Under the pieces are notes generated by a model that had not been told where the DNA came from, did no database searches, and saw only the letters and a program-made list of their open reading frames with translations. Of a stretch of 64,000 nt of DNA, positions 38,359 to 47,859 are shown piece by piece. Source of the DNA: a virus; the IMG/VR virus record IMGVR_UViG_3300024265_000039, positions 1-64,000 of that record. One strand, given 5' to 3'. The translations under genes and the position numbers were made by a program. The first letter of the stretch is position 1; every line of letters begins with the position of its first letter.

Positions 38359-39854
38359 GAGAATTACCGGCGGCAACAACCGCAATAAGTAGCGCCAAGG
38401 TCGCCGTGAAACTGGCGGCGATAATGGGCGATCTGGGGATAGTAGGCAAGGACAAACAACACGGTATGGGTTTCGCTTATGCCAGTGTCGATGCAGTCTA
38501 CGAAGAAGTCCAGCCATTAATGTCAAAGCATGGTCTGGCTTTTACTCCTGAAATCACCAAAATCGATGAAAATGACACCAGATTCTTGGTATTCTACGAA
38601 TATGCAATCATCGATTGCGAAACCGGCGAAACGATCCGGTGCCCCTGGGTCGGCGAAGGGATACATACGACCACCAAGAAAGGCAGCAAGCAGGGCGGGG
38701 AATATTCTGTCCGTGATGAGAAAACATTGGCGAAAATACATTCCCTGGCGACCAAGTATTTCCTCTGCCACCTGTTAATGATCCCTCGCGGCGATCTGCC
38801 CGACCTGGATGAAAATGGGGAGCGGATTGTCCAGCGAAACGGTCAGAAGCCGAGCGGAAACCGAAGCGGCGGGAATCAGAAGAGTCGTAAACAAAACGGG
38901 AAACCCGCCGGGAAAGACCCGGAAGCGTGGCCGTCCCCAACTACCGTCGATCAGATGATGGTTGATTTTCGCAAATTCCTCGGCAACCCCGACTACCCGG
39001 CGGAAGGTATCGCCCGGTTAGCTTTCGGCAACAAGTTGGGCGACCGGCAACCTACTGACCTGGAACTGTGGGGTCAATTTGCTGATGTTGTTGCCGCCAA
39101 GAAAGCTCTGGCGAATTTACCCTGGCCGTGTTTGGCGGCACTAGATCGACTGTGCCTGGAATTCCGGGAGAAAATCGAAGACCCGGACTGCCCCGCCAAG
39201 CGCGTGCAGGAACTAGTCGGGATGGAATCGCGTTCTGATATGGATGCGCTGAAAAAGTTCTCGTCACGGGCCGATGCCCTGGAAGCTATCTGGCAAGCGT
39301 TCACCCGCCCTGCCGGGTCACCCCCTACCCCGCCGGAAGAGATTCCCCCGACCGGGGAAGAGACTGCCCCGACCGAAGAAACTGAGGCATGGACTGATTT
39401 CGATGAACACGCGCTGAATGAGGAAGCGCAGTGCTACGGTTTTGATGCCGGGGATATTGAGGAAGCCGGTCAGGAAGCATTGGAAATCCTGGGCAAACCC
39501 TCATGGCGCGATTTCCCCAACCGTAATGAAGCCAGCGTTGCTCTCCGCGCTCTGGCTATCGAGCGGAAGCTGGCCCTGACCGCCACCCATTACACCTACC
39601 GGGGACAGTACACGGAACTGCATTGCAATCATACCTCCCCATCTGGCGGGGTTACCGTCCGGGTATTACACCGAACTGCTTTCCATTCCGTTGGCGGGAA
39701 ATGGAAGGAAATCGTTAAAAGCTGGCCGAAACATAAAGGCGAACAGCGCGAACTCCCCTACGGGCTGAATATTCGCAGCGAAACCTGGGAAGAAAAGGGC
39801 GACAATTTTGTGGTCGCAAAGGGAGGGTTGTCGCCTGAAGACATCCCTTTTTAG
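38349..39854 (+). CDS. ERF-like ssDNA annealing recombinase with an SSB-like EDIPF tail
   Basis: GIVGKDK..FAYASVDAVYEEVQPLMSKHGL..GEG..DEKTLAK..ATKYFL..IPRGD. Confidence 0.8.
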   Translation: MVIRELPAATTAISSAKVAVKLAAIMGDLGIVGKDKQHGMGFAYASVDAVYEEVQPLMSKHGLAFTPEITKIDENDTRFLVFYEYAIIDCETGETIRCPWVGEGIHTTTKKGSKQGGEYSVRDEKTLAKIHSLATKYFLCHLLMIPRGDLPDLDENGERIVQRNGQKPSGNRSGGNQKSRKQNGKPAGKDPEAWPSPTTVDQMMVDFRKFLGNPDYPAEGIARLAFGNKLGDRQPTDLELWGQFADVVAAKKALANLPWPCLAALDRLCLEFREKIEDPDCPAKRVQELVGMESRSDMDALKKFSSRADALEAIWQAFTRPAGSPPTPPEEIPPTGEETAPTEETEAWTDFDEHALNEEAQCYGFDAGDIEEAGQEALEILGKPSWRDFPNRNEASVALRALAIERKLALTATHYTYRGQYTELHCNHTSPSGGVTVRVLHRTAFHSVGGKWKEIVKSWPKHKGEQRELPYGLNIRSETWEEKGDNFVVAKGGLSPEDIPF

Positions 39855-40210
39855 AAAACCTCCCAACACTGCCGCGTGAAGCTCGACCGGTAGACATCAT
39901 CCGCATCGAGTCCTCCCCCATTTTCAAACGGGGGAGGCGCGGTCCTCGCAAAAAAGATCGTGCATTTGCTGATGTAGTGTTGGGAGATAACGAGACAGTA
40001 CGCATTTCGTTATGGAGTGAGCATATCCAGTCCATCGAGGATTGCGGGTATACGCTGGACGAAGTTTCCGCCGAGTTCCCAGTGACAGTCAAGTTGGTCG
40101 AATTGGGAGTGGGGCTGAGGGTAAGCGAGATCACCCATGCGGAAACACTGAGATTTGTATCTGTGCAAGATTGTGTTGACAAGCGACGACGCGAGACCTA
40201 TGGCGTCTAA
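39845..40210 (+). CDS. -1 frame extension of the ERF gene (possible OB-fold domain)
   Basis: C CCT TTT heptamer right before the stop; the -1 frame is open to 40210. Confidence 0.55.
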   Translation, partial: PFLENLPTLPREARPVDIIRIESSPIFKRGRRGPRKKDRAFADVVLGDNETVRISLWSEHIQSIEDCGYTLDEVSAEFPVTVKLVELGVGLRVSEITHAETLRFVSVQDCVDKRRRETYGV

Positions 40211-40223
40211 CAGGAGAGATGAC

Positions 40224-41312
40224 ATGACCGAACAAACCGTATTGAAGGACTTGCGTGCCTTAGCGCCGCAACTGCACGAAGCCCACAAAGCCGAAAAGGA
40301 AACTAAGGAGGCTTTCAAGGCTCTGGAAGATGCATTTAAAGCCCAGCCGGAAATAGCCGAAGCCTTGGTGTCCAAGAAATCCGCCGCCAATGAAAAGAAA
40401 AGTCTGGAGCGTAAGGCTCGCGCCTTGCTCCAGCAGGCTGGGGAGGAGCAAATTGCTCTGGATACCCGGTATTATCGCATTACCCCCACATCGTCCCTGG
40501 TTCTAGCCGACGAAACGGCCACCGCACTCAAGCTAGCAAAGTTAGCGTTGGCCGCGCCAACCGTATTCTCCCAATTTCTGAAGGTGGATATGGATGCACT
40601 GCTGGCGGCACGGGATACCAACCCCATCATCATGGAACTGTGTCCCGATACCGAGTTTGATATTACCCAATCCCACAAGACATACATCAACTGGTCGCAA
40701 TTGGCGCAGCCGGAACTCAACCACAGCGAAGCCCTGGTGCAGTTGAAGGCTGAATTGGCAGCGATTGGCGATGACTTTGTGGCTATTTCGTCGGAAACGA
40801 CCGGCATAAACATCAAGAAAGACGAACCGGTGAAATTGACTATCATCGACCAGGCAGGGGTTACCCTAATGGATACGATGCTTTTCCCCGAAGCTCAAAT
40901 CCACCCGGAAGCTGAAGCTGTGCATGGAATCAGCGAGGCCGACCTGCTCCATGCCCCGCGCTTCGCCGACATCGCCGATAAGGTGAAGGCGTTGCTAGAA
41001 GGGAAATCTGTGTTGGCCTACAACGCACCGTTCGCCAAATCCATGATCGCCAATGCGGTGAGAGGGGAATTGGCAATTCATGAGTGGACGGTTCCCGGCG
41101 ACTGGCACTGCCTGATGAAGATGGGTGCGACATGGGGCGGGGAGCGTAGTTCCTTGCTGATCCACCAATTCCGGTCATTGAAATTCAATGAACTGGCTTC
41201 CCGCCTCGGTGTTGCCGTCAACGGGTCCAAAGCGGCCCAGGTGTTAGCCGTAACAAAAGCGCTACAATTGCGTTTATCAACCCCCAGCCAGGAAGGTGTT
41301 CTCGATGGATAA
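40224..41312 (+). CDS. DEDDh 3'-5' exonuclease-like protein lacking catalytic residues
   Basis: AISSETTG, IHPEAEAVHGIS, APRFADI, AYNAPFAK, WHCLM; AGGAG RBS. Confidence 0.8.
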   Translation: MTEQTVLKDLRALAPQLHEAHKAEKETKEAFKALEDAFKAQPEIAEALVSKKSAANEKKSLERKARALLQQAGEEQIALDTRYYRITPTSSLVLADETATALKLAKLALAAPTVFSQFLKVDMDALLAARDTNPIIMELCPDTEFDITQSHKTYINWSQLAQPELNHSEALVQLKAELAAIGDDFVAISSETTGINIKKDEPVKLTIIDQAGVTLMDTMLFPEAQIHPEAEAVHGISEADLLHAPRFADIADKVKALLEGKSVLAYNAPFAKSMIANAVRGELAIHEWTVPGDWHCLMKMGATWGGERSSLLIHQFRSLKFNELASRLGVAVNGSKAAQVLAVTKALQLRLSTPSQEGVLDG

Positions 41313-41613
41313 GCGAGGGGAGTTGACTCCGGCTGAAGCGGATGCACTGGTGGCTATCATTCAACAACGCGACGAACACCTGATCCCATACTATTCTGTC
41401 GATGAGCCGGGATCAGTTCTCAAGCGCCTGGAACGTAACAAGTTGATAGAAACCGGCTATTTCCGCGCCCGGCGCTGGCAAGACTCGTGCAGGGTAACTG
41501 AAAAGGGACTGGCGGCGCTGGACGCTTATCACCAGCATCAAGCCGAACAGGAAGAATGCGAATATAAGCTCAAATATAAGTTCGATTTTTTCCGGGGGAT
41601 AGTATTCCGGTAG
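41305..41613 (+). CDS. Winged-helix-like protein
   Basis: LKRLERNKLIE...RVTEKGLAAL. Confidence 0.55.
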   Translation: MDKRGELTPAEADALVAIIQQRDEHLIPYYSVDEPGSVLKRLERNKLIETGYFRARRWQDSCRVTEKGLAALDAYHQHQAEQEECEYKLKYKFDFFRGIVFR

Positions 41614-41641
41614 TAGCCCCTGAAAGCCCAAAGCGGCCTTA

Positions 41642-41681
41642 AAACATAAAGCCCGGTAAAAATATACTGGGCTTTATGTTT
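41642..41681. terminator. Bidirectional terminator-like hairpin
   Basis: AAACATAAAGCCCGGT...ACTGGGCTTTATGTTT between convergent genes. Confidence 0.7.
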
Positions 41682-41841
41682 ATGGGGGTTGTTATGGTAC
41701 AATTTTCTTAGGATGCAATCCTGCCCATTTCAGCCAGATCGCGCCACGCTACCACGTGGCGTTTGGCTTACACCCAGAATCGTTTGCGATCTCCTATAAC
41801 CTCGCCGGGTGTGGCTTCGTAGCATAGTTCTGCCGGTCGGT

Positions 41842-42324
41842 TCATATGTCTAAATCCCGTGTTAGCCAAGCTGTTAGAGCCATATCGTACTGCTCTGGAT
41901 GCAGCGAATCAATGGTGCCTGGCAGGTTTTCGGTGATGGGGTTTTCCATGAAGTCGGGGCAATTGAACAGCAAATCTTCCAATTCATGTCGCCCGTTTAC
42001 CACAACAACGACTCCATCAGTTGTGATAATGGCGATATTTCCCATTGGAGAGCTATCGCTTTCGCGGACAAAGACAATGATCCCACGCCAGTCTTGCGGT
42101 TGAAAACCACACCTCTCCAGGAAAAAAGCCCCGTCTCTAGCACCAGGATGTATACCCCTAACGCCGCCGATATATTCAACCACCTTTGGCTTGGCACGTG
42201 GGTCGTTACGTTCCTTCTCACATTGTGAGCAATAGCAATACCTCTCGTAGTCATGAATGATGCCGATAGGTGTATCTTTGCCGCATCCATTACACTGCTT
42301 CGTCTTGTTCATCTTCGTTCTCAT
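41842..42324 (-). CDS. Hypothetical protein with an N-terminal zinc finger
   Basis: CNGC..CYCSQC; AGGAG RBS. Confidence 0.6.
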   Translation of the reverse strand: MRTKMNKTKQCNGCGKDTPIGIIHDYERYCYCSQCEKERNDPRAKPKVVEYIGGVRGIHPGARDGAFFLERCGFQPQDWRGIIVFVRESDSSPMGNIAIITTDGVVVVVNGRHELEDLLFNCPDFMENPITENLPGTIDSLHPEQYDMALTAWLTRDLDI

Positions 42325-42362
42325 CTCCTGTTTCTAAACGTTCGGTACGATTTTCATGATAG

Positions 42363-42656
42363 CTACTCGAAATGCATAACGCTGACAACAACATTGGGGG
42401 TAGCTGACCAGGGCGATGTTAACTGCCCCAGTTGAATCTGCAACCCGTCGGGTAACCCGTCTGGGAATTCTCCAACCAGGAGCGCATCATCAGCCAGGGG
42501 GTAATCCACCCACTGTTCCCATTCCCAGCCATCTTCGATATAAACGTCAATATCCTCACTGGCCGAATCCAACGCAATTTTGAGGGTATCGAATTCCCCT
42601 GGTTCACTTTCCGGGGGTGTTCCTGGCGCATTCACACAAACTATAAATTTCGCCAT
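42363..42656 (-). CDS. Acidic hypothetical protein
   Basis: AAGGAG RBS. Confidence 0.65.
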   Translation of the reverse strand: MAKFIVCVNAPGTPPESEPGEFDTLKIALDSASEDIDVYIEDGWEWEQWVDYPLADDALLVGEFPDGLPDGLQIQLGQLTSPWSATPNVVVSVMHFE

Positions 42657-42868
42657 TTCTGTTCTCCTTTCGGTGCTATCGTTTTATTGCCAGATACTCG
42701 GCATATTGATCTAAATGGTCGTGTAAATCTCGGAGCGTTTCCCCAATCCACACCACACTCTATCATTTTTGTACCTATAGATTTGGACATAATAGTTCCT
42801 TTCGTCGTCCGTTTAAACCCGGCGGTGTTGCTCGATGCCGGGCGTGGGGCGGTGGGGGATAGATTCTT

Positions 42869-43129
42869 TTATTCGGTCTCTCGCTCGCTATGCATTCTAC
42901 AGACGATTGCCTGGGTGATCGTATCGGCGAGTTGCTTATACATGCTCTCAAATTCGAGTGCAGTTAGCAACTCGTTATCGACGCAAAATTGCGCGGTCTC
43001 TCCCATGTCCGCATTGATTGCAGCAACGCCCTTTTTGGTGAATTCTTTTGTCTCCTCGCTATAGTTGGAGCAATCAATCAATGATTCGATTAATGCAATC
43101 GCTATCGTATTTACTGGCATCGCTCTCAC
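42869..43129 (-). CDS. Hypothetical early protein
   Basis: GGGAG RBS after a promoter. Confidence 0.6.
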   Translation of the reverse strand: MRAMPVNTIAIALIESLIDCSNYSEETKEFTKKGVAAINADMGETAQFCVDNELLTALEFESMYKQLADTITQAIVCRMHSERETE

Positions 43130-43155
43130 TCCCTATATAATCTAGCCTTGCTTAC

Positions 43156-43184
43156 AGTATAACACAGTTCTAAAAAAAAGTCCA
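43156..43184 (-). promoter_or_regulatory. Sigma70-type promoter TGGACT-N17-TATACT
   Basis: 17-nt spacer; 15-bp identity with the promoter at 7070-7084. Confidence 0.6.
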
Positions 43185-43211
43185 TACCTTTAACCCCCTA
43201 AAATCAGGGGG

Positions 43212-43984
43212 TCATCTGCTATTGTCCCGGTGTGTCCACTCATACAGTTCCTGCATCAGCATTAGATCGGATACCCACTTGGGATCATGTGCTACAGCTT
43301 CGTCGTAGGTAGGGATACGAGAATACTTGCTGGCACGATATAGCTGCCAGCCTCGTTGCACTACGCTTACGGGGTGATCGAATCTCCAATCATCCCCAAC
43401 CCCATACGTCTCTCTCGCGGTTCCCGCATCTTGAAGCCAGCCGACCAAGTTTACTCGGACTTGCTTGCGGCGTTCCCTGAGAAAGGGTCTGCCGCCTCTT
43501 CCGGGGTTAGCTCGGCCTCCAATTTCCATTCTGGGGGAGGCGTCCATACCACCAGGGCTTCATACAGAGCTTGTCGCCACCCTGCTACCCCATCGGGAAG
43601 GCTGCGGCTGGCTGTACGCCCGTAAAGGATGTGGTTGCCGATGCGTTCTTTGAAGAATGCAAAACATTCTTCCGGGGTGCGCATTCCAATGACCATATTC
43701 CACAGTTGCTCCAGCCCCTGAATATCATCCGGGGTATCTTCGTGCCAGTCGAATATGAGCGATTGCGTGAGGGTAATGCAGTCTGCATATAATTCGATGT
43801 AGACTCGTCTGCCTTGGTCATCCGTAGAAATAGAATCCACGCCTTCATATTCGCAGAGTCGGCGTGCCAGCGCCTGGGATTGCAGATCGGTGTCATAGGT
43901 ACGGTAAGCGGCAAATTCGCCGGTAACCATCCCGTGCAGGAAGGCGACGCTGTTAGTTCGGCTTGGCTTTCGTTGTAGTGGCAT
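43212..43984 (-). CDS. Tail assembly chaperones G/GT with a programmed -1 frameshift
   Basis: G = 43451..43984; slippery C CCT TTC at 43487-43481 leads into frame PFLRERRKQ.. ending at 43212. Confidence 0.8.
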
Positions 43985-44032
43985 ATGTTTCTCCTCTTTT
44001 CTTATGCCCCAGCGAAAGCCGGGGCATGGTCT

Positions 44033-44332
44033 TTACGCATCGTGCTTTTTGCCAGCCGCAGGTTTACGAACGCTAACCGCTTTCTCCTGGCCTTCTGCCC
44101 AGGCAACAATCGTGTCCCGTTCTTCTGGCGGGAGAGCGCCAACCCCGATAGGCAATAGATAAAAAAGGCTGGTCCCTATTCGGCAAGTAGTGAGCGGTTG
44201 CCCTTTTTGCCGGGTGAACAATGCGCCGGTTGCATATCGTTTCGGCCATGTTACCGCATTCCCGGCTTCATTGCACGTCCCGGTTATGTCCTCGAACCCA
44301 ATTTCCTTGGCTTCCATTTCCTCAGATTTCAT
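44033..44332 (-). CDS. Hypothetical tail-module protein
   Basis: Follows the major tail gene; terminator-like hairpin at 44004-44027. Confidence 0.6.
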   Translation of the reverse strand: MKSEEMEAKEIGFEDITGTCNEAGNAVTWPKRYATGALFTRQKGQPLTTCRIGTSLFYLLPIGVGALPPEERDTIVAWAEGQEKAVSVRKPAAGKKHDA

Positions 44333-44344
44333 AATTGATCCTTC

Positions 44345-45244
44345 CTATACGGCAACGTAGGCCGTCTCGTAGAGCGCGGTAAGGACGTTAGTCGCAGCAA
44401 CGGTCAGCGCTGTTCCAACGGCAATCGTAGCGGTGGCTGTCGTGATCGTGTCAGCCACACCTTGGGTTGCGGTATCCGTCGCCACCACATATTTTACCAG
44501 ATGGCATTTGGTACTACCAGCCGACCCCACAACTGAGGATATTGGTTCATAGGCTCCGATAATGCTGGCGTCAGTGCCAGTCACCCGATGGGTCGCCATG
44601 TAAAGCGGATTGGCGGATATTAAATGGTAGTGGCTCAGGGTATTGTTGGTCGCGCCCAGATTGGTGGAGAACGGTTCTCCGTTCAGCCTTCGCCCAGCGC
44701 TACTGGGTGTCACCTGGAACGCATAGTCTCCCGCCGACTGGAATGCCGGCGCGTTTTGCAAGCCCTTCGGTGCACACCAACAACGTGGGACAACTGTCTG
44801 GATATAATAGGTTTGCCCGAAAGTTGCCACCTCGAACGATTGCATCCGGTAGATGAACATCAGGGATACCTGTGGGCGATCTTCGGCCATCGGGTCCTCA
44901 GTTAATTCCGTCCACTCGTCGTTAGTCACTTGGTTGACATTAGTCCCAGTGACCAACGCTATCAAATCTGCGTCCAAATCCTGCATCGTGAATTCAAACG
45001 ATCCCAGCGAAGTCATCCCATATTGAAACGATGTGATCCAAGTATCGCCCCCCGTGAAATCGATGGTGGTGCGATCTGGCAATGGGATGTTGCTTTGTTT
45101 GGGGTAATCCAATACGAGGGGGAGTGTGGTCACCCCGTCAGCGATACCTGACCCGGCAATCCCATACGAAATGCCGTCACTGCCGGTCAGTTGCACCAGC
45201 ACTTTCCAGAGGCCGTGTGCTCCACCCTTTTTAATCATTGCCAT
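44345..45244 (-). CDS. Major tail (tube) protein
   Basis: Position between the terminator and chaperone genes; DFTGGD motif; AAGGAG RBS. Confidence 0.7.
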   Translation of the reverse strand: MAMIKKGGAHGLWKVLVQLTGSDGISYGIAGSGIADGVTTLPLVLDYPKQSNIPLPDRTTIDFTGGDTWITSFQYGMTSLGSFEFTMQDLDADLIALVTGTNVNQVTNDEWTELTEDPMAEDRPQVSLMFIYRMQSFEVATFGQTYYIQTVVPRCWCAPKGLQNAPAFQSAGDYAFQVTPSSAGRRLNGEPFSTNLGATNNTLSHYHLISANPLYMATHRVTGTDASIIGAYEPISSVVGSAGSTKCHLVKYVVATDTATQGVADTITTATATIAVGTALTVAATNVLTALYETAYVAV

Positions 45245-45270
45245 TGTGATTTATCTCCTTACTATGTCGA

Positions 45271-45765
45271 TCAAACTAAGACTTCCAACGCCTGCTCGAT
45301 CGTTACGATTGTCACAGTGATTACACATCCCCAGAACGGAGATTCGTTTCCTTTTTCCAGAGGGACTAGAACATCTCGGCGTAAACGAAACGACTCTACC
45401 CCCGCCAGCGCAGGCAAGTCCGCAGCTTCCAGGGTACGAGTATTGCTGAATTGTAACTGCGACCGCTTGATGAAATAGGTAATCACCGACGCGGTCAGTG
45501 ATCGGTTTTCCGTCTCCGCTTCCGCATCAGTTACAGCGCCTTGCCCGAACTTCTTCCCATGGATTTCAATAGTGTAGATTTCGGTTGGCTTCTCCACCTG
45601 GGACGCGACGGGGGGGTAATCCCCGCTTCCCACTAAAATCAATGCCGCCGGACGCTGCGAATCGTCTAATGTCGCGACAAATTTGTCAGTAGCGAACACG
45701 AAACGGGTATCCGAATCCTTTGCCATGATAGCCAGTCGCTGGGGTGCAGTCAGGATCAGCGTCAT
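45271..45765 (-). CDS. Tail terminator/completion protein
   Basis: Position; RPAALILVG motif; start MTLILTAPQ. Confidence 0.6.
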   Translation of the reverse strand: MTLILTAPQRLAIMAKDSDTRFVFATDKFVATLDDSQRPAALILVGSGDYPPVASQVEKPTEIYTIEIHGKKFGQGAVTDAEAETENRSLTASVITYFIKRSQLQFSNTRTLEAADLPALAGVESFRLRRDVLVPLEKGNESPFWGCVITVTIVTIEQALEVLV

Positions 45766-45769
45766 GGGG

Positions 45770-46165
45770 TTATCTTTTACGCCCAGAAATTTGCTGTGTT
45801 CGGCGATAAAGGAGATGCAAGGACCGCAACCCTTTCGCATATTCGGGTTTGGCCCGACTTTCTCCCGGTATCGCCCTTAAGCTGCGCTGGAAGTGATTTC
45901 TAGCCTCTTTTGAATAGCGGACAAGCTCGGTGCTTGAACTTGGAAAAAGCCCTGACCCCAAGAGCAACTGTTCAACTACCGGTAGCACTTGGATTAGTAT
46001 CCGATGGATTTCCTCATCCGATCTTGCGTTGGGCCCTCTAGCCAAAGCATATAAGATGTTTAGCTTTCGCAGGGCCATTTTCATTTTCTTTTCGCCATAC
46101 TTAATGGCACGCATCTCCGCTTTTACCATTACTCTGATTTCTGCTCTTAATTGCGGGTTCATCAT
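45770..46165 (-). CDS. Small basic protein, paralog A
   Basis: N-terminus MMNPQLRAEIRVMVKAEMRAIK; AAGGAG RBS. Confidence 0.7.
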   Translation of the reverse strand: MMNPQLRAEIRVMVKAEMRAIKYGEKKMKMALRKLNILYALARGPNARSDEEIHRILIQVLPVVEQLLLGSGLFPSSSTELVRYSKEARNHFQRSLRAIPGESRAKPEYAKGLRSLHLLYRRTQQISGRKR

Positions 46166-46811
46166 TTACTCCTTACATTATTGATCGGGTATGGATACGC
46201 AAGATCGTGGCGATATCCTTTGGAATAGACAACTCAACTCCGGTAGACATATCTGAAACGCCCTGGCGACCGCCGACGCTACTGTCAGGATGAGCGTCAT
46301 GGGGTCATAGCCCAGGTCTCATTACCCGCATGGCCCGTACCAATTTGGTCAATTTTCGGGCCGCAAAAACAGCTTCGCGTTGTCCCATCTTAGTCTCCGG
46401 CCCCCAACGCAATACCTCCTCATAGGCACGCTGTACCTGCCTTGAGTGTTGGACGAGGATTGCTGTGGCGTTTGGGTCTATTTCTTGAAGCGTTCGGTCA
46501 TCCTCCTTCAACCCTCTCAGTATGAACCGGATATGTTGTTTGGAACCACGCCGACCGCCATTAACTAGATTTGAATAACGCTTCCACCTCGTAAAGACTT
46601 TCTTCATCCTTGGCCCCCCGAACTTAGCGGCCCTTATTTCCGCTTTTATCACTACTCTGATTTCTGATCTCAACTTCGGGTTCATCACTTACTCCTTACA
46701 TTATTGATCGGGTATGGAGTTCTAAGATCGTGGCGATGTCCTTTGGAATAGACAACTCAACTCCGGTAGACATATCTGAAACGCCCTGGCGACCGCCGAC
46801 GCTACTGTCAG
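46115..46811. repeat. ~170-bp direct repeat (offset 523 bp)
   Basis: 46115-46288 matches 46638-46811; also 46285-46305 matches 45750-45770. Confidence 0.9.
46305..46688 (-). CDS. Small basic protein, paralog B
   Basis: N-terminus MMNPKLRSEIRVVIKAEIRAAK; AAGGAG RBS. Confidence 0.7.
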   Translation of the reverse strand: MMNPKLRSEIRVVIKAEIRAAKFGGPRMKKVFTRWKRYSNLVNGGRRGSKQHIRFILRGLKEDDRTLQEIDPNATAILVQHSRQVQRAYEEVLRWGPETKMGQREAVFAARKLTKLVRAMRVMRPGL

Positions 46812-47841
46812 CATCAAGCCATGTTTTAGCGATAGCCAAGCACGATTCCAGAATAGTCAATGGGACTTCATATCGGTATACAGGTGTGGTTGCGGAATGC
46901 GCCGTTGCCAGAGTGCCGTGCCTTCCCCGACGAACTATGATTTTGTTAGTATCGGTGTCAGTGCTGACCACCCACAACAATTCATCCTCAATGCGCAGCA
47001 GATCGTTTGTTTCAAAACGGGTGATTCCTACATCATCTGTACCGTCCACGTCGTCGAAGGTTAGTTCCGTATCGCCGGCGACTATTCCTCCGGCTTCAAC
47101 TGTTTCCAGGGTATCCACCCAGGCATCTTCATATTGTTCGTTGTACCCCCACCATCCACTGATATAGATAGATGGAGAGTACCTTGTCAGGCCGGTCAGG
47201 ATTCCGCCTGACCATAAATTCGGCCAGACTAATCGAATCCCCCATTTTGGCTGTACATTGTATTCAATCAGGTGGTAATCCACCCCCCCCACCAACGTAT
47301 TCAGGTTCCGTTTGTTGATAGTGGTCGTAGCCGCATGGGTCGCGGCTTGGGTATCAAAGACCGCCCGTTTCACTGTGACGACATTGGTGCTGGTGTCGAT
47401 CTCCCGAACCAGCAGGGCTTCATTGGCAATCTCCAGCACATCCCCGACAGAAATACGCTGGTTTCCATTAGCGTCATTCCCGTCCACGTCAGTTACCGTG
47501 ATCGTCACGTCAGATATTGCCATCCCTCCGCCAGGAACCTCTTCCAGGGTATCGACAACCGTACCCATCGTCACCTGCACCCGGTCTGCCTGTAACAAAT
47601 CGTACCGGACATCCAGGTCTTCATCTGACATAGTGTGCAAACGAAGATCAAGAAACTCCATCGGCACATGGAATCTCCGCACCTCATAATGCGGGGAGAA
47701 CCTTCGCCGGGTTACCCGGTCAATGTACTGGGTTGCCCGGCGAAGATAATCTGAGATTTTGCGTACCTCAGCCGCATTGGGAGTAGTCTCGTCGATTACT
47801 TTCATCCGCAAGTAATCGTTATACCTTGCGTAAGACAACAT
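46696..47841 (-). CDS. Head-tail connector/adaptor with two inserted repeat domains
   Basis: LRRATQYIDRVTRRRF, ISGWWGY, VPLTILESCLAIA; two DTLE.V..GG...DVDG.D..G..R...E.L.V...DT.TN repeats. Confidence 0.75.
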   Translation of the reverse strand: MLSYARYNDYLRMKVIDETTPNAAEVRKISDYLRRATQYIDRVTRRRFSPHYEVRRFHVPMEFLDLRLHTMSDEDLDVRYDLLQADRVQVTMGTVVDTLEEVPGGGMAISDVTITVTDVDGNDANGNQRISVGDVLEIANEALLVREIDTSTNVVTVKRAVFDTQAATHAATTTINKRNLNTLVGGVDYHLIEYNVQPKWGIRLVWPNLWSGGILTGLTRYSPSIYISGWWGYNEQYEDAWVDTLETVEAGGIVAGDTELTFDDVDGTDDVGITRFETNDLLRIEDELLWVVSTDTDTNKIIVRRGRHGTLATAHSATTPVYRYEVPLTILESCLAIAKTWLDADSSVGGRQGVSDMSTGVELSIPKDIATILELHTRSIM

Positions 47842-47859
47842 CGCCGTTGTTCCTTGAAC

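Noticed and set aside
41586-41642. T TTT TTC slippery site near the end of the winged-helix gene
   Set aside because: The -1 frame closes after about 16 codons with no recognisable domain.
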